From an uncultured bacterium (GTDB taxonomy: Bacteria > Babelota > Babeliae > Babelales > Babelaceae), in assembly GCA_963713855.1 (NCBI GenBank), contig OY970209.1:384001-448000 (forward strand): a stretch of 64,000 bases of DNA. Direction: 5' to 3'. A program made the translations under genes and the position numbers. Shown here in pieces: positions 10,939 to 19,993 of the stretch. The notes beneath the pieces are model-generated. The model searched no databases. It saw only the letters and a list, made by a program, of their open reading frames with translations, and was not told where the DNA came from. Each line of letters opens with the position of its first letter. Position 1 is the first letter of the stretch.

Positions 10939-11520
10939 ATGAACATTAACGCCTTTAAGCTCCATCTTTTAAATGAGGCATACGCTGCGTACCTACAGCT
11001 TAAAAAATGCCCTGTAGATACAAGCGGATGCACAAAACTCGTTTTTGGTGAAGGAAATCCAGATGCTAAAATTATGTTTATTGGAGAAGCACCCGGAAAG
11101 GAAGAAGATGAACAGGGTCGCCCCTTCGTGGGAAGGTCAGGCAAATTACTTAATGCCTGCCTCAACGCTGCCAACCTCAAGCGGCAAGATGTGTTCATCT
11201 CTAATATAGTAAAATGCCGACCTCCAGAGAACCGAAAACCATTGCCCTCGGAAATCACCTGCTATAAACCACTGCTGTTGCATGAAATCAAGATTGTTCG
11301 ACCCATTGTCTTATGCACCCTCGGCAGCTCAGCCCTCGAAGCCCTCATACTAGAACCCTTTTCTATGACCAAAATTCGGGGGAAACACCTCGACTTTCTA
11401 GGAATCACCCTTATTCCCACCTTCCACCCAGCTTATGTCTTAAGAAATCAAGCCGCACTACCCGAGCTCCAGCATGATATAGACGAAGTTTCTCGCATAG
11501 CATACCAAACAAAAAAATGA
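10939..11520 (+). CDS. Uracil-DNA glycosylase family 4
   Basis: GEAPG, GRPFVGRSG, NIVKCRPPENR, TFHPAY motifs. Confidence 0.92.
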   Translation: MNINAFKLHLLNEAYAAYLQLKKCPVDTSGCTKLVFGEGNPDAKIMFIGEAPGKEEDEQGRPFVGRSGKLLNACLNAANLKRQDVFISNIVKCRPPENRKPLPSEITCYKPLLLHEIKIVRPIVLCTLGSSALEALILEPFSMTKIRGKHLDFLGITLIPTFHPAYVLRNQAALPELQHDIDEVSRIAYQTKK

Positions 11521-11585
11521 TCATCCGCGTTTTATCTACCTCTATTTCAAACGTACATAAATTTTTTTTTGTAAAAAGTTAGGTA

Positions 11586-11885
11586 TGTGGATAAGTGGTG
11601 GATAAGTGGTGGATAAGTGGTGGACAAAGTTTTAAGCACGTTTTGCGTAATACGTAACACAGACACCTTTGAGCATCATCTTAAAGGATTTGTTTGATCA
11701 CAAAGGAGATATAGGTGGAATAGGTTTAGGGGCTAAAAAGTTATCCACCACTTATCCACCACTTATCCACCACTTTTAATAGGGTCAAAAAGGCTTCTGG
11801 TAAAGGTTATAGCTCAAAGTTATCCACAAAAATCGTCGATACAACAACTATATATTAAATATAGATACTATGTATAAATATATAT
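11586..11885. other. Probable chromosomal replication origin oriC
   Basis: Perfect DnaA boxes TGTGGATAA (11586) and TTATCCACA (11820); near-consensus boxes at 11597, 11608, 11619 and, inverted, at 11741, 11752, 11763; trio-like TAC-AAC-AAC-TAT (11840-11851); AT-rich tract to 11885; local C>G to G>C switch. Confidence 0.8.
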
Positions 11886-11947
11886 GGTTGCTAATAGCAC
11901 AGGCTGAAAACCTGACAGATAAACCTCTAAAAGATGGTGGTGCTTTA

Positions 11948-11975
11948 TTGCCTTTTTCCAGTTATGAGCTATACT
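11948..11975 (+). promoter_or_regulatory. Sigma70-type promoter for nusA-infB
   Basis: TTGCCT-16 bp-TATACT. Confidence 0.55.
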
Positions 11976-12180
11976 GGCAAAGTATGCGATAAACGTGCTT
12001 TTTGGCATGTACGGCGAAAGGCTTAAGGAGTCTACGTCGTAAAGTGTGTGCGCTGGATGCTAAGTAAACCTAACTCTCAGGCAATCTCTAAAAATAGTTT
12101 TAAGTTAGGTCAAGTGTGATATACTTGATTAGCTCATAGAGCATGAGCTGTCTCAAGTATAGGTTACCCTAAGGAAAACT

Positions 12181-13239
12181 GTGCAATTATCACAGGTTAT
12201 TGAAGAACTCGTCGAAGAAAAAGGTCTTGATCGCACCCTTCTCACGGACATTGTATGTGAAGGCATTTTGAGCGCCTATCTAAAAAAATACCCTACGGCA
12301 AAGCTGACTGTTTCCTACAATAGAAAGAGCGATGAGCTGGCTATTAATGCTGAAAAGAAAGTTGTGCAAACTGTTGTAGATGATCTGTTGGAGATAAGTT
12401 TAAGAAAAGCAAAAACATTTAACGAGAGTTCTCAACTGGGCGATGTCATACAGGTTCCCTTCCAAGAAAGTATCGGGCGAATCGAGATTTTAAGAGCTAA
12501 ACAGATTATTGCCCAAAAGATCAAAGATGTTGAAGCAGAAATAATTTACAATCAGTTTAAGGACAAGCTTAATACCATCGTCCACGGTATCGTGCACAAG
12601 GCTGAAAGAGCTGGTGTGACGGTCAAGCTTAATGACGCCTTAGCATTTTTGCCAAAATCTCTCATGATACCGGGAGAAGAATGTTTGGTTGGGCACACGG
12701 TAAAAGCGCTTTTAAAAGAGGTTCTTGAAGAGCCAAGAAATGAAAATCAACTTATTTTAGATCGCGTGTCTCCTCTTTTTGTGGCTAAATTGTTTGAACT
12801 CGAGATTCCAGAGGTCTTTGAGAAAATAGTAGAGATTAAAAAAATCGTAAGAATCCCGGGATATAAATCGAAAATAGCCGTCATCTCCCACGACGAGAAT
12901 ATTGACCCGGTAGGTACATGTATCGGTGTTGGCGGAGCAAGAATCAAGCCTATTTTACGCGAACTTAAGACTGAAAAAATTGATGTTATTAGATTTAGCA
13001 ACTCTTTAGAAGAGCTTATTCGTGATGCTCTTAAGCCGGCAGTGGTAAATCGCATACAAATTATCGATAATCAAAATGCTCAGGTGTGGCTTGATGATGA
13101 CCAGAGGTCACTGGCCATTGGCAAATCAGGCCAAAATATAATACTTGCTTCACAGCTTGTAGGGCTGACGATCCATTTAGTAAAAAATGAGCCGTCTACA
13201 GCGCTTGGCGAGCATTTAGAAGCAGAGCCTCAGGACTAA
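12181..13239 (+). CDS. nusA: Transcription factor NusA
   Basis: LFELEIPE, RIPGYKSKIAV, DPVGTCIGVGG, SLAIGKSGQN; GTG start after AAGGA. Confidence 0.97.
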   Translation: MQLSQVIEELVEEKGLDRTLLTDIVCEGILSAYLKKYPTAKLTVSYNRKSDELAINAEKKVVQTVVDDLLEISLRKAKTFNESSQLGDVIQVPFQESIGRIEILRAKQIIAQKIKDVEAEIIYNQFKDKLNTIVHGIVHKAERAGVTVKLNDALAFLPKSLMIPGEECLVGHTVKALLKEVLEEPRNENQLILDRVSPLFVAKLFELEIPEVFEKIVEIKKIVRIPGYKSKIAVISHDENIDPVGTCIGVGGARIKPILRELKTEKIDVIRFSNSLEELIRDALKPAVVNRIQIIDNQNAQVWLDDDQRSLAIGKSGQNIILASQLVGLTIHLVKNEPSTALGEHLEAEPQD

Positions 13240-13266
13240 ACTGACTTGTAAAGGTACCAGCACATA

Positions 13267-15306
13267 ATGAGAGTTTACGAATTTGCCAAAAAATACAATC
13301 TCAGCAACAAGGATATACTGGTCTTTTTGCAAGAGAATGGATTTAAGATCCAAAGTCACATGGCAATGGTTCCGGCAGCAGCGCTAGAGCTTCTGACAAA
13401 AAAGTATGCTAAAGTCGAGGTTGCTTCCCCTACACCAAAACCTGCCAAAGCTCAAATTATCGAACAAAAACCGCCAAAAGAAGAAAAAAAACCAACTCCT
13501 CCTGCCCCACCAGTACCGCCTCAACCGACATTCAAACAACCGGCTAAGCCTCCGGCTAAAGAGATGCCGGCTAAGCAGGTAGCGCAACCCGAACCTATCG
13601 TTCAACCCGCAGCACCTGAAGGTATTCATCTGGAGCCAATGACGGTCAGTGATTTTGCTATGCGAGCAAAAAAGCCCGTTGGTGACGTTATTCTTAACCT
13701 TTTGCGGCAGGGAACTGTGGCGGTAAAAAATCAAGTTATCAATGAAAAAGTGGTTGCACAGCTTGCGCGTTTTTATGGTCTTAAAATACTTGAAGAAGTG
13801 CAAAAAGTATCTCCAGCAGCACCTAAAAAAGATGTTGAAGGTGCTACTGAGGAAAGGTTGCCTGTTGTTGTCGTCATTGGACATGTCGATCATGGAAAAA
13901 CAACCCTTCTCGATTTTATCAGAAAAACCCGTGTGGCAGCTAAAGAAAAGGGTGGGATTACTCAGCATTTGGGGGCATACGAGGCACATACTAAACAAGG
14001 TGATCTTGTCTTTTTGGATACTCCGGGTCACGCAGCTTTTACTAAAATGAGAGAAAGAGGCACACGCGTTGCCGATATTGCTGTCCTTGTTGTTGCCGCT
14101 GATGATGGTGTGATGCCACAAACTACGGAGGCTATTAAACAAGCTCAAGCTGCTAACATACCTTTAGTTGTTGCAATTAATAAGGTTGATAAAGCTTCGG
14201 CTGGGCAAATTGAAGCGGTAAAGCGTTCGTTAACTCAGTATGGACTTGTTCCTGAAGAATGGGGTGGTCCAACCATTTTTATGCCGATTTCCGCTAAATT
14301 TGGCACTGGAGTTGAAGAACTTCTTGATGTGCTCGTTTTGCAGTCAAAAGTTATGGAGCTTACTGCGGCGCTTTTTGTACCGGCAAGGGGCTTCGTTCTT
14401 GAAGCAAAGCAAGAGAAAGGGCGTGGATCAGTTGCAACTGTCATTAATCAGCATGGCATTTTGAAGGTGGGTGATACCTTCGTCACGAGCGCCGGAGTGA
14501 CTGGTAAAGTTACGTCTTTAATCGATTCGTCAGGTAAACGTGTCAGGCAGGCACACCCTTCTCAGCCCGTACAAGTTGCTGGTTTTGAAAGTTTGCCTCA
14601 GGCAGGTGACACGTTTGAAGTCGTTATGCCTGGCGAGATGAAGAAAATTAAGCAAGCAAGTCAAGGCCGCGTTTTGCACGTTACACGTCTGTCCCAAGAT
14701 CATGGCATAAACGTTGTACTTAAGGTGGATAATGATTCTTCTCGAGAAGCTCTTTTAGGCGCCATTGAAAAGTTAAACGACAAGGCCTACCAAAAGATTA
14801 ATGTCATCGCTGTTGGTATAGGTGCTATTTCTGAGAGTGACATTCAGCTTGCTGATGATACTCGTTCGACTGTTTATGGCTTTCATACCAAGGCCGACCC
14901 TTCTGCATTGGCTCTAGCTACAAAAACCGGCGTAATTATACATCAGTTCGATATAATTTATCGCTTATTAGAGCATTTGGAGGCAATCACTAACGCTGGA
15001 AAACCTGTTAAAAAGATCGCAAAAAAGACGGGTGAGGCGATCATACTTAAGGTATTTGATATCAAAAATATCGGTAAGGTCGCGGGTGGTCAGGTTAAAT
15101 CTGGCAAGATTGTGAAAGATGGCAAGGTAACGGTATGGCGCTCAAAACATAAAGTTGGTGAAGGCACGATTAAAAGTTTACAGCGTGAGAAAAAGACCAT
15201 AAAAGAGGCTCTTACGGGAATGGAATTTGCGTTTATGGTTGACGGATTTGATGATTGGGTACCAGAAGACAGAGTTGAATGTTACCAAGAGGTACCTGAA
15301 GCTTAA
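13267..15306 (+). CDS. infB: Translation initiation factor IF-2
   Basis: MRVYE N-terminus; GHVDHGKTT, GGITQH, DTPGH, NKVD. Confidence 0.97.
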   Translation: MRVYEFAKKYNLSNKDILVFLQENGFKIQSHMAMVPAAALELLTKKYAKVEVASPTPKPAKAQIIEQKPPKEEKKPTPPAPPVPPQPTFKQPAKPPAKEMPAKQVAQPEPIVQPAAPEGIHLEPMTVSDFAMRAKKPVGDVILNLLRQGTVAVKNQVINEKVVAQLARFYGLKILEEVQKVSPAAPKKDVEGATEERLPVVVVIGHVDHGKTTLLDFIRKTRVAAKEKGGITQHLGAYEAHTKQGDLVFLDTPGHAAFTKMRERGTRVADIAVLVVAADDGVMPQTTEAIKQAQAANIPLVVAINKVDKASAGQIEAVKRSLTQYGLVPEEWGGPTIFMPISAKFGTGVEELLDVLVLQSKVMELTAALFVPARGFVLEAKQEKGRGSVATVINQHGILKVGDTFVTSAGVTGKVTSLIDSSGKRVRQAHPSQPVQVAGFESLPQAGDTFEVVMPGEMKKIKQASQGRVLHVTRLSQDHGINVVLKVDNDSSREALLGAIEKLNDKAYQKINVIAVGIGAISESDIQLADDTRSTVYGFHTKADPSALALATKTGVIIHQFDIIYRLLEHLEAITNAGKPVKKIAKKTGEAIILKVFDIKNIGKVAGGQVKSGKIVKDGKVTVWRSKHKVGEGTIKSLQREKKTIKEALTGMEFAFMVDGFDDWVPEDRVECYQEVPEA

Positions 15307-15318
15307 AAAAGAGGTCGG

Positions 15319-16413
15319 GTGATGTTAATGATGGGCATACGACTTTTGGGTGCTCTGGTCGTAGGTTTCTTTGCAAGCATTTATTTTGCTCCCGTGCTCA
15401 TTAAGTTAGCTCATGCCTTCAACTTTCTCGATCGACCTAATGGTCAGCTTAAAAATCATGGACAACCCATTCCTTACGCCGGTGGACTTGTTGTCTATTT
15501 GGGCATGCTCGTGTCTTTGATGCTTTTTTTTCCCTTAAAAGAGACAAACACATTCTTTTTGTTCGGCTCAACTTTCTTGCTCATGATAGGATTGATCGAC
15601 GATTGCATTTCTTTAAGCCCATTTCAAAAAATGAGTGGTCAACTGCTTGCGACTATTTGTTTTGTCAAAGGAGGGCTCTATCTTAAAGAAAAATTTCTCC
15701 TCGCGTATGATCATCCTCTTTCTTACTTTATCTGGATGTCCCTTTCCTCTTTTTGGATGCTCTCTATTATTAACGGCTTTAATCTTATAGATGTCATGGA
15801 CGGCCTTGCCAGCGTGGTGGCCTTGATGGCATCCTTTAGTTTTTTGGGCATGGCTCTTCTTGCGGGAGCATATACCCCAGCATTTCTTCTTGTGGCGCTT
15901 TCAGGCTCTCTTCTTGGCTTTCTATGGTACAATAAGCCCCCCGCAAAAATGTACTTAGGAGATGCTGGTGCATTATTTATAGGTGGTATCTTGGGGGCGG
16001 CTCCCTTTATGATTCCCTGGGGAACCTTTTCATTGTGCGGCTATTTTATTCCTGTGCTTATTTTGGCTATCCCTCTTCTCGAAATAGGTACGTTAATTCT
16101 CATACGTACTTATTTAAAAATACCTTTCTATAATGGAAGCCCGCATCATTTTTCACATTTCTTTAAAGCTCGCAGCTGGTCCATACACCAGATTTTAGCA
16201 TATACTATCGCATTCTCCATTTTGCTCTCGATGGCAGGATTCCTCTTTGCTCTTCAGCACATTACTTTTGTTGCTTTTGTCTCATTGTCGCTTATTCTTG
16301 TTGCTTTTTGGTATTTTATGCTCCTTTTTTCCAGAATCGGCTTAAAGGGCTTTGTGTTGCCCGGCTTTCTTTTTCGGGCAAAAAGAAGCGATTTTTTTGA
16401 AAAAAGCCTTTAA
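15319..16413 (+). CDS. MraY/WecA-family polyprenyl-phosphate HexNAc-1-phosphate transferase
   Basis: GLIDD, NLIDVMDGLA, YLGDAG motifs; many TM helices. Confidence 0.85.
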   Translation: MMLMMGIRLLGALVVGFFASIYFAPVLIKLAHAFNFLDRPNGQLKNHGQPIPYAGGLVVYLGMLVSLMLFFPLKETNTFFLFGSTFLLMIGLIDDCISLSPFQKMSGQLLATICFVKGGLYLKEKFLLAYDHPLSYFIWMSLSSFWMLSIINGFNLIDVMDGLASVVALMASFSFLGMALLAGAYTPAFLLVALSGSLLGFLWYNKPPAKMYLGDAGALFIGGILGAAPFMIPWGTFSLCGYFIPVLILAIPLLEIGTLILIRTYLKIPFYNGSPHHFSHFFKARSWSIHQILAYTIAFSILLSMAGFLFALQHITFVAFVSLSLILVAFWYFMLLFSRIGLKGFVLPGFLFRAKRSDFFEKSL

Positions 16414-16425
16414 ATAAGCTATAAT
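16397..16425 (+). promoter_or_regulatory. Near-consensus sigma70 promoter of candidate sRNA
   Basis: TTGAAA-17 bp-TATAAT with no downstream + strand ORF. Confidence 0.65.
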
Positions 16426-16431
16426 TTTGTT

Positions 16432-16633
16432 GTTGCTCTTTAATACTTCCGAACTTTGGTTGTATTTTCGGGCTGCTTGAGAGAGAATGATCATGCCTCA
16501 TCATTGATATCTCAAAATATCTGTGTCAACTCCTTTCCTTGAGCACATAGATAGTATTGGTTTAAAGGCGCTGCGTACATCAGCGGTCAAGATTTGTCAT
16601 GATCTTTCATGCGATCCTGGCCGCTGTTTTTTT
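16432..16633 (+). ncRNA. Candidate structured sRNA (four-way junction plus terminator)
   Basis: Upstream promoter; closing stem 16441-47/16553-59 enclosing three hairpins; terminal hairpin followed by T7. Confidence 0.5.
16581..16633 (+). terminator. Intrinsic terminator
   Basis: CAGCGGTCA...TGGCCGCTG stem followed by TTTTTTT. Confidence 0.8.
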
Positions 16634-16647
16634 GAAAAAACGTTGAG

Positions 16648-17517
16648 CTATTTTACAAGGCTTCTTAAGAGGTCGATGTTTTGAGCGTACAGTCTTAGTG
16701 CGTCTTTAGCATAATTTTCGTACGGCGTCTCGAGAATTTTAGGCAGGGCTTTAAAGTGGTTATCGTTCATAAGTAGGCGGAAGGCTTCTATTCCTATTTT
16801 TCCCTTGCCGATCTGTTCATGACGGTCTACGTGCGAGCTTAGCTCTTTTTTGGAATCATTAAGGTGGAATGCTTTTAGGGATTTGATACCGATTATTTCG
16901 TCAAACTGTTTCCAAAAAGCGTGGTAGGTTTTGGGAGTAGTAAAATCATATCCTGCTGCAAAGCCGTGGCAGGTGTCAAAACATATTCCAGTGCGCTTTT
17001 TGTTTTCAATCGCATGTAGCATGAAAGCGAGTTCTTCTAGTGTTGAGCCGCACACGTTTCCTTGTCCTGCCATATTTTCAAGAAGAATCGCTGTCTTTCC
17101 AGGCTTTGAGCTTAAGGTTTCATTAATGCCCTCGGCTATAAGTTCGAGGCTTTGTTTTGGTGTTGTATCAGTTGCGGTTCCCGGGTGTAATACTAAATAG
17201 GGAATGCCGAGTTCTTCACATTGAATGATTTCTTTTTTGAGCATCTCTAGTGAGCGTGATCGAGTTTCTTTATTGCCAGATCCAAGATTTATAAGATAAC
17301 TTGCATGGACGATGACGTAAGCTATTGGCGAGTCTGGCACGACCGCTTTATATTCTTTTATTTGCTCAGCCGTTATATTTTTCATTGCCCACTGTCTATT
17401 GCTATGCAGAAATACTTGCATAGCAGTACAACCTATCGATTCAGCGTCTCTGACAGCCTTTGGAAACCATCCACTTATTGAAATATGCGCTCCTAAAGGT
17501 TGTTCTTTAATACTCAC
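16648..17517 (-). CDS. nfo: Endonuclease IV
   Basis: GAHISI, HASYLINL, ENMAGQG, CFDTCH, HLNDSK, DRHEQIG, ILETP. Confidence 0.95.
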   Translation of the reverse strand: MSIKEQPLGAHISISGWFPKAVRDAESIGCTAMQVFLHSNRQWAMKNITAEQIKEYKAVVPDSPIAYVIVHASYLINLGSGNKETRSRSLEMLKKEIIQCEELGIPYLVLHPGTATDTTPKQSLELIAEGINETLSSKPGKTAILLENMAGQGNVCGSTLEELAFMLHAIENKKRTGICFDTCHGFAAGYDFTTPKTYHAFWKQFDEIIGIKSLKAFHLNDSKKELSSHVDRHEQIGKGKIGIEAFRLLMNDNHFKALPKILETPYENYAKDALRLYAQNIDLLRSLVK

Positions 17518-17588
17518 TTTTTTCCTCGCTTAATTGTAATTGACAAAGTAATTAGAACAAGTAAATTGTTATTTGTCTTCTAAAAATT

Positions 17589-19889
17589 ATGAAGATTATC
17601 TTTTCTGTTTTAGCAATGATTCTGGAGTCTGCGATGTGTCGCCGTGATAGTAGGGCACCGAGTGCTTTTCTTTTTACTAAAAGTCTTTTTATTTTTCTTG
17701 TTGTAGCGCAAAGTAATATCCCTGTGGATGCGAGGGCGGTTCCGCCGCTAGTGCCCTCTCCTTTTGTAAAGCCTCTTATTACGACAGATTCAATTCCTGC
17801 TCAAGGCGGGACTAATATATCTAAGACTACTTTTGATGATAAAGCAAGTAAAAAAGAGCAGCTTCCTAAGCATTCGTCAACCCCGTCAACCCCGCCCCAG
17901 GATGCCGGTAAAGATGACGCTATTGATGATAGGGTGAAAACTGAAAAGGGTTTTTTCAAACTTTCTTTTGGTGATAGCACCTTTGAAATTACCAATCGTC
18001 TACGTATAGAAAGTCTTTACGGACAAAATCTGCGTTTTCTAAATAACGAGAATAATGAAGAAGACCCACAACTTGATAAGATAGCCTATCCTGGAAGGCA
18101 CACATTAGATATATGGTTTTTATATACGTACGGTCAATTAAGCAAGGGTTATGACGTTGCTAAATGCCGATTGGGACTTCGTAACCGAGCTGTTTGGGGT
18201 AATGAAGTAAATAACTTATTAACAACATCTACGTTTGTAAGAAATGGGGATGTGTTTATTGGAGCGCACACTCATGCCATCAGCCGTCATATATTTTGGG
18301 CAAGGGAATTGTGGTTTGAGGTGGTGCTTAATGATGTCCTTCGCGTGAACACTCCTCTTAAGCACACATTTACCATGGGACTTTTTCCATTCTCTCTCGG
18401 TCGGGGTATAGCCTTAGGTGATGCATTTGCTACAGATCCCGATTTTTTGGGCTATTTTGGTGCCAATGCTATCGATCAATTTGCCCCCGGATTTAAGCTT
18501 TCTGGTGAGCTTTTGCCGCAAAAGGTCCTTGGTTATGATTTATATGCTGAGGTTGTGGATAATAGTTCTTCTACTTTTGACGAGATTGTGGATGAGGTTA
18601 ACAGCCAACGATTTGGAAGACGATTTACTCCCCAGCGCGGATTTGGCGTTTTTGACTATATTTTAGCCGGTCGGCTTATGTGGCGACCAGTTAATGATCC
18701 AGGTAATCGAGTTTACTTAGAGCCTTATGGTCTTTACAGTTTTGACGGTGAGCAAAAAATCGAGTTTATTGGAGATGCCAAGCAGCGTCTTTTTACCTTC
18801 GGGTTGGCCGGTGAATTTGAGTACGGCAATTTTGAATGGGGTTTTGACACTGCGTTCAATATAGGAAAACAAACCGTCTTTGGCTGGGATCGGAATATTG
18901 CGGAAACCAAAAATAAAGATGGTTTTCAGACAAGTGCCTATACCGAAATATTTACCGAAAAACCAGAGCCTGGCAAAAAAGTTCCACAAGCTCTCGTGAC
19001 CGAGGAAAGCAAAAAAGCCGCAGCTGCAAGTAAACAGGGCCAACAATTTAATGGCCAGCGCATTCATGTCGAGGGTGATACCGATGACGCATCTAAGAGT
19101 GAATCAAAAAAAGTCTTTTTTAACGGATTGAATCGCTTTACAAATCAATACGAAAACCATCTTCGCGGTGCGATGTTCGTTTTTGACTTTGCTTATAAAT
19201 TTCCGCGCACAATCAAAGTAGCGGGTACTGCTGGTATTGCTACTGGAGGAGAAGATCCTAATAAAGATCTTGCAAGCATTGGTGAAAGTAATAGAGAGAA
19301 GGATTTTAGGGGCTTTGTTGGAGAGCAAGAAATCTACTCAGGTAAGCGCGTTAGAAGTCTGTTTGTCATGGCCGGTGAAGGTAAAATACCCCGCGTTTTT
19401 AGTATTCCTGCCTTTGATACGATCGACGGTGAGCCAAGAAGAACGTCGCGATTTACCAACCTTATTCTTGCGGGAACTGGAGTGCAAATAAAACCAAGCA
19501 TAGGGTCTGTTATCTGCGATATGCGAAGCAATATCCTTGCATTTTGGGTTGATAAAAGACCTCGCGTATTCGAGGCACGTAAGCACCCAGATGAATCCTT
19601 TGAGCATCGTGCACACGTTAAACGTGTTCTTGATAGCTTTTTGGGCGTTGAAATAAACTTTATACTCGAGGCCGAGATCATCAAGGATCTTACCTTTATC
19701 TTTAATAGCGCAGTTTTCATACCCGGTGGCTTTTTTAGGGACCTTAAAGGAGTGCCGCTTAAAAGGGATCATCGTGAGTTTTTGCAAGTCCAAAAGGTTC
19801 CAACCCAGGCGTTACGCGTTAAAAAGATCCCACTTATAGGCAATGACCTAGGATTTTTCGTAAACTTTGCTTTTGAATATCGCTTCTAA
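17589..19889 (+). CDS. Probable outer-membrane beta-barrel protein (start uncertain)
   Basis: Amphipathic aromatic-rich strands; C-terminal FFVNFAFEYRF beta-signal; hydrophobic N-terminal segment. Confidence 0.6.
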   Translation: MKIIFSVLAMILESAMCRRDSRAPSAFLFTKSLFIFLVVAQSNIPVDARAVPPLVPSPFVKPLITTDSIPAQGGTNISKTTFDDKASKKEQLPKHSSTPSTPPQDAGKDDAIDDRVKTEKGFFKLSFGDSTFEITNRLRIESLYGQNLRFLNNENNEEDPQLDKIAYPGRHTLDIWFLYTYGQLSKGYDVAKCRLGLRNRAVWGNEVNNLLTTSTFVRNGDVFIGAHTHAISRHIFWARELWFEVVLNDVLRVNTPLKHTFTMGLFPFSLGRGIALGDAFATDPDFLGYFGANAIDQFAPGFKLSGELLPQKVLGYDLYAEVVDNSSSTFDEIVDEVNSQRFGRRFTPQRGFGVFDYILAGRLMWRPVNDPGNRVYLEPYGLYSFDGEQKIEFIGDAKQRLFTFGLAGEFEYGNFEWGFDTAFNIGKQTVFGWDRNIAETKNKDGFQTSAYTEIFTEKPEPGKKVPQALVTEESKKAAAASKQGQQFNGQRIHVEGDTDDASKSESKKVFFNGLNRFTNQYENHLRGAMFVFDFAYKFPRTIKVAGTAGIATGGEDPNKDLASIGESNREKDFRGFVGEQEIYSGKRVRSLFVMAGEGKIPRVFSIPAFDTIDGEPRRTSRFTNLILAGTGVQIKPSIGSVICDMRSNILAFWVDKRPRVFEARKHPDESFEHRAHVKRVLDSFLGVEINFILEAEIIKDLTFIFNSAVFIPGGFFRDLKGVPLKRDHREFLQVQKVPTQALRVKKIPLIGNDLGFFVNFAFEYRF

Positions 19890-19993
19890 GATCAACATTC
19901 GGTTTTAACGCGTTGCAAAAGCCTAATTTGGCAGGCGCCAAGGAAGGTGTTAAGCTAAGCTATAGTACACCTTCTACCTTATGATTGAACATT

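Noticed and set aside
11586..11773. Tandem 11-bp repeats as CRISPR array or simple VNTR
   Set aside because: No spacers and no cas genes; the units are DnaA-box-like and occur in both orientations
12070..12082. CTCTCAGG as part of a glycine riboswitch
   Set aside because: Other conserved aptamer elements are not in the proper arrangement and the downstream gene is nusA
13384..14148. 254-aa antisense ORF within infB and similar shadow ORFs across the window
   Set aside because: They overlap well-supported genes and show no motifs
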